Positions 7,036 to 13,948 of a stretch of DNA of 17,582 nucleotides are shown here, one piece after another. Position 1 is the first letter of the stretch. Every line of letters begins with the position of its first letter. Origin of the DNA: a virus; the UHGV virus genome UHGV-0144530, one strand, 5' to 3'. The position numbers and the translations under genes are program-made. A model generated the notes under the pieces. The model saw only the letters and a list, made by a program, of their open reading frames with translations. It did not search any database and was not told where the DNA came from.

Positions 7036-7465
7036 GTTGACCTCCGATGATTGGCTTTGGTGATTAGGTGGACGGTACTGATCTCCGGCTTGGTTAGTGC
7101 TTCGCCTGGTCATTATCACGCCTAGTGACCCCCTGAGGATCGTCTCCTCGCCAGTGCAGGTCATATCGCATCAGTCTGCGCATTCACCCAATCCCAAAGC
7201 CAACTACTCTTTGACTCACACTCTCGCAGTGAGCGCGCTCATGCCATTGAGTCTCTGCCGCTTCATCGCCGCTGATAACCGGTGCGCGTCTGGCATTCGC
7301 GCTGCTTTACCGGAGCTACTTTTAATATATTGACCCTAACCCGATGCTAAGCAGGCTCGCTCAATGGCGACTCAGGGCAGCATCATTACTGCTGCATTGC
7401 CTTTCGGCTGCGGTCTAACCGCGTTAGTGCACCATTACGGCACCTCCTGTTTGGTTAAACTCAGT

Positions 7466-7507
7466 TCCCGCATTTCGGCGGGACAATCCCATCAATGTTA
7501 AAGAGCC
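7466..7507 (-). promoter_or_regulatory. nutL (boxA plus boxB)
   Basis: minus-strand boxA GGCTCTTTAACA (plus coordinates 7496-7507) followed 12 nt later by hairpin TCCCGC-CGAAAU-GCGGGA (7466-7483); the boxB is identical to that at nutR. Confidence 0.7.
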
Positions 7508-7552
7508 TGCCAATCTGTTCCGTTTGGCTTCCAGCGTCCTGCTGATGGCTTA

Positions 7553-7637
7553 AAGATAACTTAGGTTATAGGTGTGGTCAATAACCTAATTTATATTTTA
7601 TGGTAAATAAGTTATAAGTGATGGATAACAAAGGTAT
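7553..7637 (-). promoter_or_regulatory. OL operators and pL promoter
   Basis: 14 bp palindromes matching ATAAC-N4-GTTAT at 7556-7569 (perfect), 7581-7594 (1 mismatch) and a degenerate copy near 7624-7637; minus-strand -35 TTGACC (7576-7581), 17 bp spacer, -10 TATCTT (7553-7558). Confidence 0.55.
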
Positions 7638-7759
7638 TTTATTTTTGTAAATGTTGCTGATTGATTGGTGTTTGAGGGCTTACGTGCGGGGTGAAGGTGT
7701 TACCTTTGGCTTGATGCTTGTCTATGATGAGGATGGTTGATTGGGTGGTGAACGGCAGG

Positions 7760-7794
7760 AAAAGAAAACCCGGCGCTGAGGCCGGGGGTTTTTA
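7760..7794. terminator. bidirectional intrinsic terminator
   Basis: CCCGGC-gctgag-GCCGGG with an A-run on the left and a T-run on the right, so a U-tract follows the hairpin on either strand; ends the cI-orf98 transcript. Confidence 0.65.
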
Positions 7795-8088
7795 GTCTTT
7801 TCTTTTGCTTAGCATTTCGTCGATTTCTAAGTCAATACGATATTGATCTATTGCTTTTCTCTCGTTTGGGGTTGGTATTTTATACTGTTCAATTAGATCT
7901 GTTGTGTATTTTATTTCATCTAATGTGATTTTTATATCAGAGAGAATCTCTTTTATATCAATTAGATGCTCTTCTTCTTTTGCGCGATTAGAGCTATGTT
8001 CAATCATTTGAGATAGCTTTTTGCTAATGCTTAGCAAAACAAAAAGAATGATGACCAAAACAACAACAAAAACTATCAGAAATTCCAT
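7792..8088 (-). CDS. membrane-anchored coiled-coil protein co-transcribed with cI (98 aa)
   Basis: hydrophobic N-terminal helix EFLIVFVVVLVIILFVLLSI then a charged, heptad-like C-terminal half; strong RBS GGAGGG 4 nt upstream; about 40 nt downstream of the cI stop; strongly AT-rich relative to neighbours. Confidence 0.6.
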   Translation of the reverse strand: MEFLIVFVVVLVIILFVLLSISKKLSQMIEHSSNRAKEEEHLIDIKEILSDIKITLDEIKYTTDLIEQYKIPTPNERKAIDQYRIDLEIDEMLSKRKD

Positions 8089-8128
8089 TATCCCTCCGCA
8101 CTTCCGTAAGTCTTCTTCTGATTATCGG

Positions 8129-8836
8129 TTACCAACTATGAGACGACCAGAATACTCTGCCAATAATCCTTACGGTTTCATGAAATTCATCTCTATCCAT
8201 TACTTCATCCGGGTACTCTTCGCGATTTATTGATCTGATTATCACCGATGTAGGGGTGGCGATTAATGTTTTTACTCGTAACAAATCAGACTGGCAAATA
8301 GCGTAGGTTTTACCATCTCTGATTGTGGTATCTTGCGTGTTAACACCAACAACATCGCCATCGTGAAGCGTTGGTTCCATGCTTTGCCCTACAACCCTAA
8401 CTAGCTTGGCTGATCTTTCTGATACTCCCATCTTTTTCAGATAGTGCTTTCTGAAAACCAAAGAGAACTCCGATGATTCCTCTAGCTCGCAGCTACCGCT
8501 TCCAGCTGAAAGCGAAACGTTAAGAAGAGGCAACGCAACAAACTCGTCATCGTTTCTTTTAATGTCTTCCCATACCACAGCTTTTAAAGATGACTCACGG
8601 ACATTGGATGGTTCTTCATGTGCACCATCCCTCATTTCACCAATACCAGAACTAAGCCATTCAGGACGCACTTTTAAAGCATTGGCTAATTCAACCATCT
8701 TGCGAGATCCGTTTGTTTTACCGGACGACATCTTCTGTATGGCTGGCTGAGATATTCCAACCATGTCAGCAAGCTGTGATTGTGATACCCCTGCTGAGCT
8801 CATGGCTGCATTTAGTCTTTCTGCGAATGTTTTCAT
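8129..8836 (-). CDS. cI: CI-type prophage repressor (HTH plus S24 LexA-like peptidase domain)
   Basis: N-terminal HTH (VSQSQLADMVGISQPAIQKM), Ala-Gly cleavage site in SLSAGSG, catalytic Ser in GQSMEPT and Lys in LRVKTL; ATG at 8836 abuts the operators; ORF-track 8129..8866 begins at an upstream TTG. Confidence 0.85.
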   Translation of the reverse strand: MKTFAERLNAAMSSAGVSQSQLADMVGISQPAIQKMSSGKTNGSRKMVELANALKVRPEWLSSGIGEMRDGAHEEPSNVRESSLKAVVWEDIKRNDDEFVALPLLNVSLSAGSGSCELEESSEFSLVFRKHYLKKMGVSERSAKLVRVVGQSMEPTLHDGDVVGVNTQDTTIRDGKTYAICQSDLLRVKTLIATPTSVIIRSINREEYPDEVMDRDEFHETVRIIGRVFWSSHSW

Positions 8837-8848
8837 ACTCACAAATCT

Positions 8849-8914
8849 ATAACTACGGTTATCCAAAGTAAAATAACAAAGGTTATTGCTATTTTTTATA
8901 ACTTGAGTTATCTT
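8849..8914. promoter_or_regulatory. OR operators with divergent pRM and pR
   Basis: three perfect 14 bp palindromes ATAAC-N4-GTTAT at 8849-8862, 8873-8886 and 8898-8911, centres 24-25 bp apart; plus-strand -35 TTGCTA (8886-8891), 17 bp spacer, -10 TATCTT (8909-8914). Confidence 0.65.
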
Positions 8915-8947
8915 TGGTTATAAGTAATGACCACAAGAGGTATGCTC

Positions 8948-9172
8948 ATGAATTTAGTAATTCAACGAGCCTTGAAAATTGTCGGTAGCCAAAAGCGCCT
9001 TGCCGACAAGTGTGGTGTAACGCAGCCAGCAGTACACAAATGGCTGAAAGGCGGGTTGGTCTCTCCAGAGAAAGTTACCGCCATCGTTAACGCCACTGGA
9101 GGGCAGATCAAGGCTTACGAAATTCGCCCCGATTTGCCACACCTGTTTCCAAAACCGAATCAGGCAGCATAA
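8948..9172 (+). CDS. cro: Cro-like HTH repressor (74 aa)
   Basis: first rightward gene after OR; RBS AAGAGG 8 nt upstream of the ATG at 8948; HTH QKRLADKCGVTQPAVHKW; ORF-track start 8927 is rejected for lack of an RBS. Confidence 0.65.
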   Translation: MNLVIQRALKIVGSQKRLADKCGVTQPAVHKWLKGGLVSPEKVTAIVNATGGQIKAYEIRPDLPHLFPKPNQAA

Positions 9173-9179
9173 GTAACAC

Positions 9180-9223
9180 CGCTCTTTAACAGTCATGGTC
9201 CTCATTCCCGCCGAAATGCGGGA
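9180..9223 (+). promoter_or_regulatory. nutR (boxA plus boxB)
   Basis: boxA CGCTCTTTAACA (9180-9191) and hairpin TCCCGC-CGAAAT-GCGGGA (9206-9223), the same 18 nt as the nutL boxB. Confidence 0.7.
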
Positions 9224-9229
9224 ATACAA

Positions 9230-9262
9230 CGCGCATCAGTTGGTGCGCATAACTTCTTATTT
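9230..9262 (+). terminator. possible tR1-region hairpin
   Basis: GCGCA-tcagttgg-TGCGC followed by a moderately U-rich stretch; weak. Confidence 0.2.
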
Positions 9263-9281
9263 GTTAAGGAAATACTTACAT

Positions 9282-9560
9282 ATGCAACTTACAAGTACTC
9301 GCAAGAAAGCGAATGCAATTACAAGCAACATCCTAAATCGAATTGCTGTACGTGGTCAGCGAAAGGTTGCTGATGCATTAGGGATCAATGAATCGCAAAT
9401 TTCGCGATGGAAAGACAGCTTTATCCCAAAGATGGCCATGCTTCTGGCTGTGCTGGAGTGGGGTGTTGAAGACGAGGAATTAGCGGAGCTGGCAAAGAAA
9501 GTAGCCATGGTGCTGACAAAAGAAAAGCCTCAAGACTGCGGCAACAGTTTTGAGGCCTGA
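9282..9560 (+). CDS. cII: CII transcriptional activator
   Basis: ...[42 protein letters not shown]... closely parallels lambda CII ([28 protein letters not shown]); the upstream context TAAGGAAATACTTACATATG is the same as in lambda; ORF-track start 9195 rejected. Confidence 0.8.
   Translation: MQLTSTRKKANAITSNILNRIAVRGQRKVADALGINESQISRWKDSFIPKMAMLLAVLEWGVEDEELAELAKKVAMVLTKEKPQDCGNSFEA
9291..9304 (-). promoter_or_regulatory. candidate CII-binding site of pRE
   Basis: minus strand reads TTGC-gagtac-TTGT, the same distance from the cII ATG as TTGC-N6-TTGC in lambda. Confidence 0.4.
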
Positions 9561-9600
9561 TGTAGAAAGACTGGATCAATCCACAGGAGTCATTATGACA
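9517..9600 (-). ncRNA. candidate OOP-like antisense RNA with its terminator
   Basis: strong minus-strand hairpin (about 12 bp, GCCUCAAAACUG...CAGUCUUGAGGC) followed by UUUUCUUUU, inside the 3' end of cII and antisense to it; 5' end and promoter not defined. Confidence 0.4.
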
Positions 9601-9741
9601 AAACAACTCAGTCCTTACCAGGACAAAATTCACAAACACATACTACGTGATCGCTTCCTGTCCAGCTTCAAGCAGCCTGGTCGATTCCGGGCTGAGTTGG
9701 AAAAAGTGAAGCTGATGCAGAAGGAGAAAGGTCATGAGTAA
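9595..9741 (+). CDS. small ORF (48 aa) using the lambda O translation-initiation region
   Basis: CAGGAGTCATTATGACAAA is the same as the lambda O RBS and start, but the protein diverges after Met-Thr; overlaps the start of the O-like gene. Confidence 0.35.
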   Translation: MTKQLSPYQDKIHKHILRDRFLSSFKQPGRFRAELEKVKLMQKEKGHE

Positions 9742-10594
9742 TCTTGCAACCGTAACACATTTAAGGCCCTCACAACGGCCTGTGGAGCGTCGTGTGGCAG
9801 AAGTTGAAGATGGTTATACCCGTCTTGCAAATGCCCTGTATGAAGAGCTTATCGGCGCAGATTTAACAAAAAATCAGAGCAAGGTTGCCCACGCCATATG
9901 CCGTAAAACATACGGATACGGTAAAAAGATGGATCGCATCTCTGATAGTCAGTTAGCTCAAATTACCAGGCTGCCAAGACAGAAGGTAAACAAGGCCAAG
10001 AATGAGCTTATCGCGATGAAGGTAATCCTTCGCGAAGGCCAGCAAATCGGGCCTAACAAGAACATCGAGGAATGGCAAATCGAAGGGTGTCACTACTCTG
10101 GTGATAATGTCACTGCATTGGTGACAAAAAGTGTCACCAAAACGGTGACAGCGCTGTCACCAAAACAGGGACACACAAAAGAAACTATTACAAAAGAAAA
10201 AAGAAATAATAAAAACACTATGTCCGAAAGTGTTCGGACGGAGTGTGAAAAATCATCTGACCGTCACGAAGAAACCGACAAGGCATTCGAGGAAATATTC
10301 TGGTGTGCAGGCATGCGGAAAGCCGGGAAAAAAAACGCAGCTTCGGCATTCAGAACACAGTTCAGGGAATGGCGTAAAACTACCAGGGGTACGGCAAGCG
10401 AGTTTGCCACGATGCTGGCAGAAGACATCGCATGCAGGAATGGTAAGCAGTTCGGATTCGACAGGTTGTTACCATCGAGCTACTTGAACGGTCAGCGCTG
10501 GAACGACGAAAAGCCAGAAACCATTCAACCACAATCCAAACCATCATCCGCAATCACCGTATCGAAAACTGGCTACGTGTTTTTCGACAGGTGA
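9734..10594 (+). CDS. O: replication initiator, lambda O family, with a divergent C-terminal domain
   Basis: N-terminal half aligns with lambda O (ADLTKxQxKV...RKTYG...MDRIxDSQL...GPNKNIxEW; linker [15 protein letters not shown]); the C-terminal 100 aa are unrelated; RBS AAGGAGAAAGG. Confidence 0.8.
   Translation: MSNLATVTHLRPSQRPVERRVAEVEDGYTRLANALYEELIGADLTKNQSKVAHAICRKTYGYGKKMDRISDSQLAQITRLPRQKVNKAKNELIAMKVILREGQQIGPNKNIEEWQIEGCHYSGDNVTALVTKSVTKTVTALSPKQGHTKETITKEKRNNKNTMSESVRTECEKSSDRHEETDKAFEEIFWCAGMRKAGKKNAASAFRTQFREWRKTTRGTASEFATMLAEDIACRNGKQFGFDRLLPSSYLNGQRWNDEKPETIQPQSKPSSAITVSKTGYVFFDR
10086..10225. other. origin of replication: iteron array plus AT-rich region inside the O-like gene
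   Basis: inverted-repeat iterons on a GTGACA/TGTCAC core (GGTGATAATGTCAC 10100-10113, GGTGACAAAAAGTGTCACC 10120-10138, GGTGACAGCGCTGTCACC 10144-10161), then an AT-rich stretch that closely parallels the lambda ori AT-rich element. Confidence 0.7.
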
Positions 10595-10597
10595 ACC

Positions 10598-10705
10598 ATG
10601 AAATCAAAAATCAAATCGCTACTGGTCGCTGGTTATAACCACGGCTGGTTAAGTATTTCGTTTGTCGATTTCTGGTTTAAAAATCTCAATCTGAGGGAAT
10701 CATGA
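10598..10705 (+). CDS. candidate small ORF (35 aa) coupled to the primase-helicase
   Basis: ATG at 10598 follows GGTGA and the O stop; its stop overlaps the primase-helicase start (ATGA); below the ORF-track cut-off. Confidence 0.25.
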   Translation: MKSKIKSLLVAGYNHGWLSISFVDFWFKNLNLRES

Positions 10706-12582
10706 GGCCAAGTGAACTTAGCGACCTGCTTTGGGCGCAGGTTGACAGGGTGGCTCCGCACCTGTTGCCAAATGGCAAGAAAGAGGGGCATGAGTGGGTT
10801 GCCGGTAACGTCAACGGTGACAAGGGAAACAGCCTTAAGGTCAACCTTAGCGGCAAGAAAAAATGGGCTGATTTCGCTGAGGGAGACGGCGGTGACATGC
10901 TTGATTTGTGGATGGCATGTCGTGGAATTAACCTGCATCAGGCTATGCAGGAAGCGAAAGCATTTCTCGGTATCAAGGATGACGATCACCATTTCGATGC
11001 CAGACGTGAGAAAAAATTCTCCAGACCTGATCGCAAGAAAATCGCCCGCTACGTTACCAGAACAGAATCCCATCTTGAGTACCTGCAATCGCGTGGCATA
11101 TCGCCAGAAATCGTAAAGCGCTACGAGGTTGTCAGCGGCAAGGTGTGGAATGGAGAGCGGGAACTGGATGCTCTGGTGATTCCGTACAAACGCGATGGTG
11201 AGTTGTTGCAGGTCAAGCGAATCAGCACTGAGCGCCCGGACGGGAAGAAAGTCATTATGGCAGAAGGTGATTGCGAACCTTGCCTGTTCGGATGGCAGGC
11301 TCTGGACGCTGGCGTGAGGGCGGTTGTACTTTGCGAAGGCGAAATTGATTGTATGAGCTATGCGCAATACGGCATCTCGGCGTTATCCGTACCGTTTGGT
11401 GGAGGGAAAGGCGCTAAGCAACAGTGGATTGAGTTTGAGTATCACAACCTCGACAGGTTTGAGGAAATATTCATCTCGATGGACGTTGATGATGTTGGTC
11501 GTGAAGCCGCAAGGGAAATCGCAAGCCGACTCGGTGAACATCGTTGCCGTCTTGTTACTCTGCCGTGCAAAGACATCAACGAATGCCTGATGAACGGTGT
11601 TACCGAGGATGAAATCTGGCAGTACATCGGCACGGCATCCTACTTCGATCCTGAAGAACTCTACAGCGCGCGAGAGTTTTACCAGGACACTATCAACGCT
11701 TTCTACGGCAAGCAGCAGTATCTGTTTAATCCACCGTGGGAATCTCTGGCAGATAAATTCCAGTTCCGTGAGGCAGAGTTGACGCTGGTCAATGGTGTGA
11801 ACGGTCACGGAAAAACGGAGGTTGTCGGGCATATGGCACTTGAGGCAATGCGTCAGGGTGTGAAGACGTGCATCGCGTCACTTGAGCTGAAGCCTGGTAT
11901 TCTCCTTAAGCGCCTTACCCGTCAGGCGACGTGCTGCAAGATGCCGCCAGTGCTGGAAATTGACTCTGCATTTAAATTTTATGACGAAAGACTTTGGGTG
12001 TTTGGCCTGACCGGAACGGCGAAAGCCGACAGGCTGATCGAAATATTCGACTACGCTCGCCGCCGATACGGGATCCAGTTATTCATCATCGACAGCCTGA
12101 TGAAATGTGGCATAGGCGACGATGACTATAACGGGCAGAAGGCGTTTGTTGACTCGATTTGCGACTTCAAAAACAAAACAAACTCCCACGTCATTCTCGT
12201 TACTCACTCGCGAAAAGGAGACAGCGAAGAAAAACCAACCGGGAAAATGGACGTAAAAGGCTCTGGAGCGATAACAGACCTGACAGACAACCTTTTCATC
12301 ATCTGGCGTAACAAGGCTCGCGAGAGAGCGTTACAGAGAGTTCAGAGTGGTGAAAAGATGTCAGAGAAGGACGAACAGCTACTGGCATCTCCGGCATCTG
12401 TTTTGATGCTTGAAAAACAACGTAACGGCGAAGGTTGGGAAGGTGGTGTCCCGTTGTTCCTTGACGAGCAATCGCACCAGTTCCTGCAACTTGAATCAGG
12501 ATCGCCATATAGCTACATCGCCAATATGCCGAAATCGGAATATGACGAGGCGTGGCGACAGGAAAACGTGACGGAGTATTAA
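10702..12582 (+). CDS. bifunctional DNA primase-helicase (TOPRIM plus DnaB-like RecA-fold helicase)
   Basis: 626 aa; TOPRIM-like acidic segments (VVLCEGEIDCMSY, ISMDVDDVGRE) in the N-terminal half; helicase Walker A GVNGHGKT and Walker B LFIIDSL in the C-terminal half; occupies the slot of lambda P. Confidence 0.75.
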   Translation: MRPSELSDLLWAQVDRVAPHLLPNGKKEGHEWVAGNVNGDKGNSLKVNLSGKKKWADFAEGDGGDMLDLWMACRGINLHQAMQEAKAFLGIKDDDHHFDARREKKFSRPDRKKIARYVTRTESHLEYLQSRGISPEIVKRYEVVSGKVWNGERELDALVIPYKRDGELLQVKRISTERPDGKKVIMAEGDCEPCLFGWQALDAGVRAVVLCEGEIDCMSYAQYGISALSVPFGGGKGAKQQWIEFEYHNLDRFEEIFISMDVDDVGREAAREIASRLGEHRCRLVTLPCKDINECLMNGVTEDEIWQYIGTASYFDPEELYSAREFYQDTINAFYGKQQYLFNPPWESLADKFQFREAELTLVNGVNGHGKTEVVGHMALEAMRQGVKTCIASLELKPGILLKRLTRQATCCKMPPVLEIDSAFKFYDERLWVFGLTGTAKADRLIEIFDYARRRYGIQLFIIDSLMKCGIGDDDYNGQKAFVDSICDFKNKTNSHVILVTHSRKGDSEEKPTGKMDVKGSGAITDLTDNLFIIWRNKARERALQRVQSGEKMSEKDEQLLASPASVLMLEKQRNGEGWEGGVPLFLDEQSHQFLQLESGSPYSYIANMPKSEYDEAWRQENVTEY

Positions 12583-12687
12583 ATGACAATCTACATCACT
12601 GAGCTAATAGCAGGGTTATCGTTACTAATGGTTCTTACTGTATATATTATTAAGTATATTCTTTATGCGAATAAAAAAAACAATTGA
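12583..12687 (+). CDS. candidate single-TM micro-protein (34 aa)
   Basis: MTIYITELIAGLSLLMVLTVYIIKYILYANKKNN; the ATG directly follows the primase-helicase stop, with GGAG 8 nt upstream; AT-rich; its 3' end overlaps the HNH start across an A8 tract. Confidence 0.3.
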   Translation: MTIYITELIAGLSLLMVLTVYIIKYILYANKKNN

Positions 12688-13276
12688 TCACGATGAGCTT
12701 CTGTCAACATTATCATATGACTCAGAAACAGGAATATTTAAATGGCTAAAAACAAATTCAGTAGTAAGAGTAAAAGGTAGTATTGCTGGAGGTGTTAGTG
12801 GTGGTTATATATGCATTAGCATAAATAATGTTTTGTATTATGCGCATAGGCTTGCTTGGTTCTATGTATACAAAAAATGGCCTCCTAAGTTTATTGATCA
12901 TGTAAATGGGAACAGACTTGACAATAGGATTTCAAATCTAAGACTGGCAACAGAGGAGCAGAATGCAAGAAACATTGTAGGTAATAGGTTAAACACATCC
13001 GGTGCGATTGGAGTGTCTTGGGATAAGACAACTGGCAGGTGGAAGTCTTATGTTGGTTATAAAAATAAGACAATATCGTTAGGGTATTTCGATAGCAAAG
13101 AAGATGCAGCATTCATAGCAGCACTAGCAAGAAAGAAACTATATGGAACTTATGCGAGTAAAGCACTTAATTGCGAGCATGAGCTTTTATCTCAATTTAA
13201 TAATGATGAGGATAAACTTGCGGAATATCTTAAGGAAAAATCTAAAAGGACTCGAAAGCGTGTTAAAAAAAGATAA
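12665..13276 (+). CDS. HNH endonuclease with C-terminal AP2 DNA-binding domain (homing-endonuclease-like)
   Basis: HNH_3-type motif YAHRLAWFYVYKKWPPKFIDHVNGNRLDNRISNLRLATEEQNARN followed by an AP2-like segment SGAIGVSWDKTTGRWKSYVGYKNKTISLGYFDSKEDAAFIA; AT-rich codon usage; no obvious RBS. Confidence 0.75.
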   Translation: MRIKKTIDHDELLSTLSYDSETGIFKWLKTNSVVRVKGSIAGGVSGGYICISINNVLYYAHRLAWFYVYKKWPPKFIDHVNGNRLDNRISNLRLATEEQNARNIVGNRLNTSGAIGVSWDKTTGRWKSYVGYKNKTISLGYFDSKEDAAFIAALARKKLYGTYASKALNCEHELLSQFNNDEDKLAEYLKEKSKRTRKRVKKR

Positions 13277-13277
13277 A

Positions 13278-13308
13278 GGCCTGCTGGTAATCGCAGGTCT
13301 TTTTATTT
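13278..13308 (+). terminator. intrinsic terminator after the HNH gene
   Basis: CCTGC-tggtaatc-GCAGG followed by TCTTTTTATTT. Confidence 0.5.
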
Positions 13309-13323
13309 GGGGGAGAGTAAATC

Positions 13324-13530
13324 GTGGCTGAGTTAATTTTCTCTGCATTGAGGCTTCTCGGTGCTATGTGGATGGTGGCGACGTTCATTGTGATTGCTGG
13401 CTGTTTTGTCCGGTTGGTAGGCGAAGGTAAAGACCTGGTGGGTGTGCTTTTCGGTAGCATTCTCCTGTGGGTGATTATCGGTGTTGCGCCTGTTGCTGTA
13501 GCAAAAATGGCGTGGCGTTTTGTTAGTTGA
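13324..13530 (+). CDS. small two-helix membrane protein (68 aa)
   Basis: GTG start with RBS GGGGGAGAG 6 nt upstream; two hydrophobic segments (MWMVATFIVIAGCFV and VLFGSILLWVIIGVAPVAVA); lies in the slot lambda ren occupies. Confidence 0.5.
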   Translation: MAELIFSALRLLGAMWMVATFIVIAGCFVRLVGEGKDLVGVLFGSILLWVIIGVAPVAVAKMAWRFVS

Positions 13531-13537
13531 GGTGACA

Positions 13538-13948
13538 ATGAAGCAAACAATCTTCCTCCGAACTAAGCAACAACAGCAAGCTGCAATAAATGCCATCCTC
13601 GCAACACCACTCGATAAAGACAAGCCAGTCACCATCCGCATTACTGACTACAAGCGCAACCTTGACCAGAACGCAAAATTTCACGCGATGCTGGCGGATA
13701 TCGCACGTCAGGTTCAATGGTGCGGCAAATGGTTAAAACCAGAACAATGGAAGGTTTTGTTGATTAGCGGTCATGCAGTGGCAACAAAGCAGGAAGCTGA
13801 TGTTTTGTCCGGCCTTGAAGGCGAATACGTCAACATTCGCGAAAGTAGCGCGCAGATGAGTGTGAAGCGTATGGCAAGTCTGATTGAGTACACGACAGCA
13901 TGGGCTATTGGTCAGGGCGTCAGATTTACCGACAGGAGGTACGAATGA
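13538..13948 (+). CDS. ninB: NinB-family recombination protein
   Basis: first gene of a lambda-like nin cluster; similar to lambda NinB in length and in motifs such as LDQNxK and the run of aromatic and basic residues; RBS GAGGTGA; ORF-track TTG start 13520 replaced by the ATG at 13538. Confidence 0.65.
   Translation: MKQTIFLRTKQQQQAAINAILATPLDKDKPVTIRITDYKRNLDQNAKFHAMLADIARQVQWCGKWLKPEQWKVLLISGHAVATKQEADVLSGLEGEYVNIRESSAQMSVKRMASLIEYTTAWAIGQGVRFTDRRYE

Noticed and set aside
6766-7164. 132 aa ORF-track version of N starting at 7164
   Set aside because: No RBS at the upstream start, whereas the ATG at 7035 has GGAGG at optimal spacing and puts the arginine-rich motif near the N-terminus as in known N proteins.
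7097-8233. plus-strand ORFs 7097..7333 and 8021..8233
   Set aside because: One lies in the N leader and the other is antisense to the orf98-cI interval; no RBS, low-complexity products.
8562-8750. plus-strand ORF inside cI
   Set aside because: Antisense to the repressor gene.
8129-8866. cI with a TTG start at 8866
   Set aside because: The ATG at 8836 directly abuts the operator region, as expected for a pRM-transcribed repressor; the TTG extension would run into OR3.
9195-9560. 121 aa cII frame starting at 9195
   Set aside because: The N-terminal extension would be translated across nutR boxB; the lambda-like context TAAGGAAATACTTACATATG places the true start at 9282.
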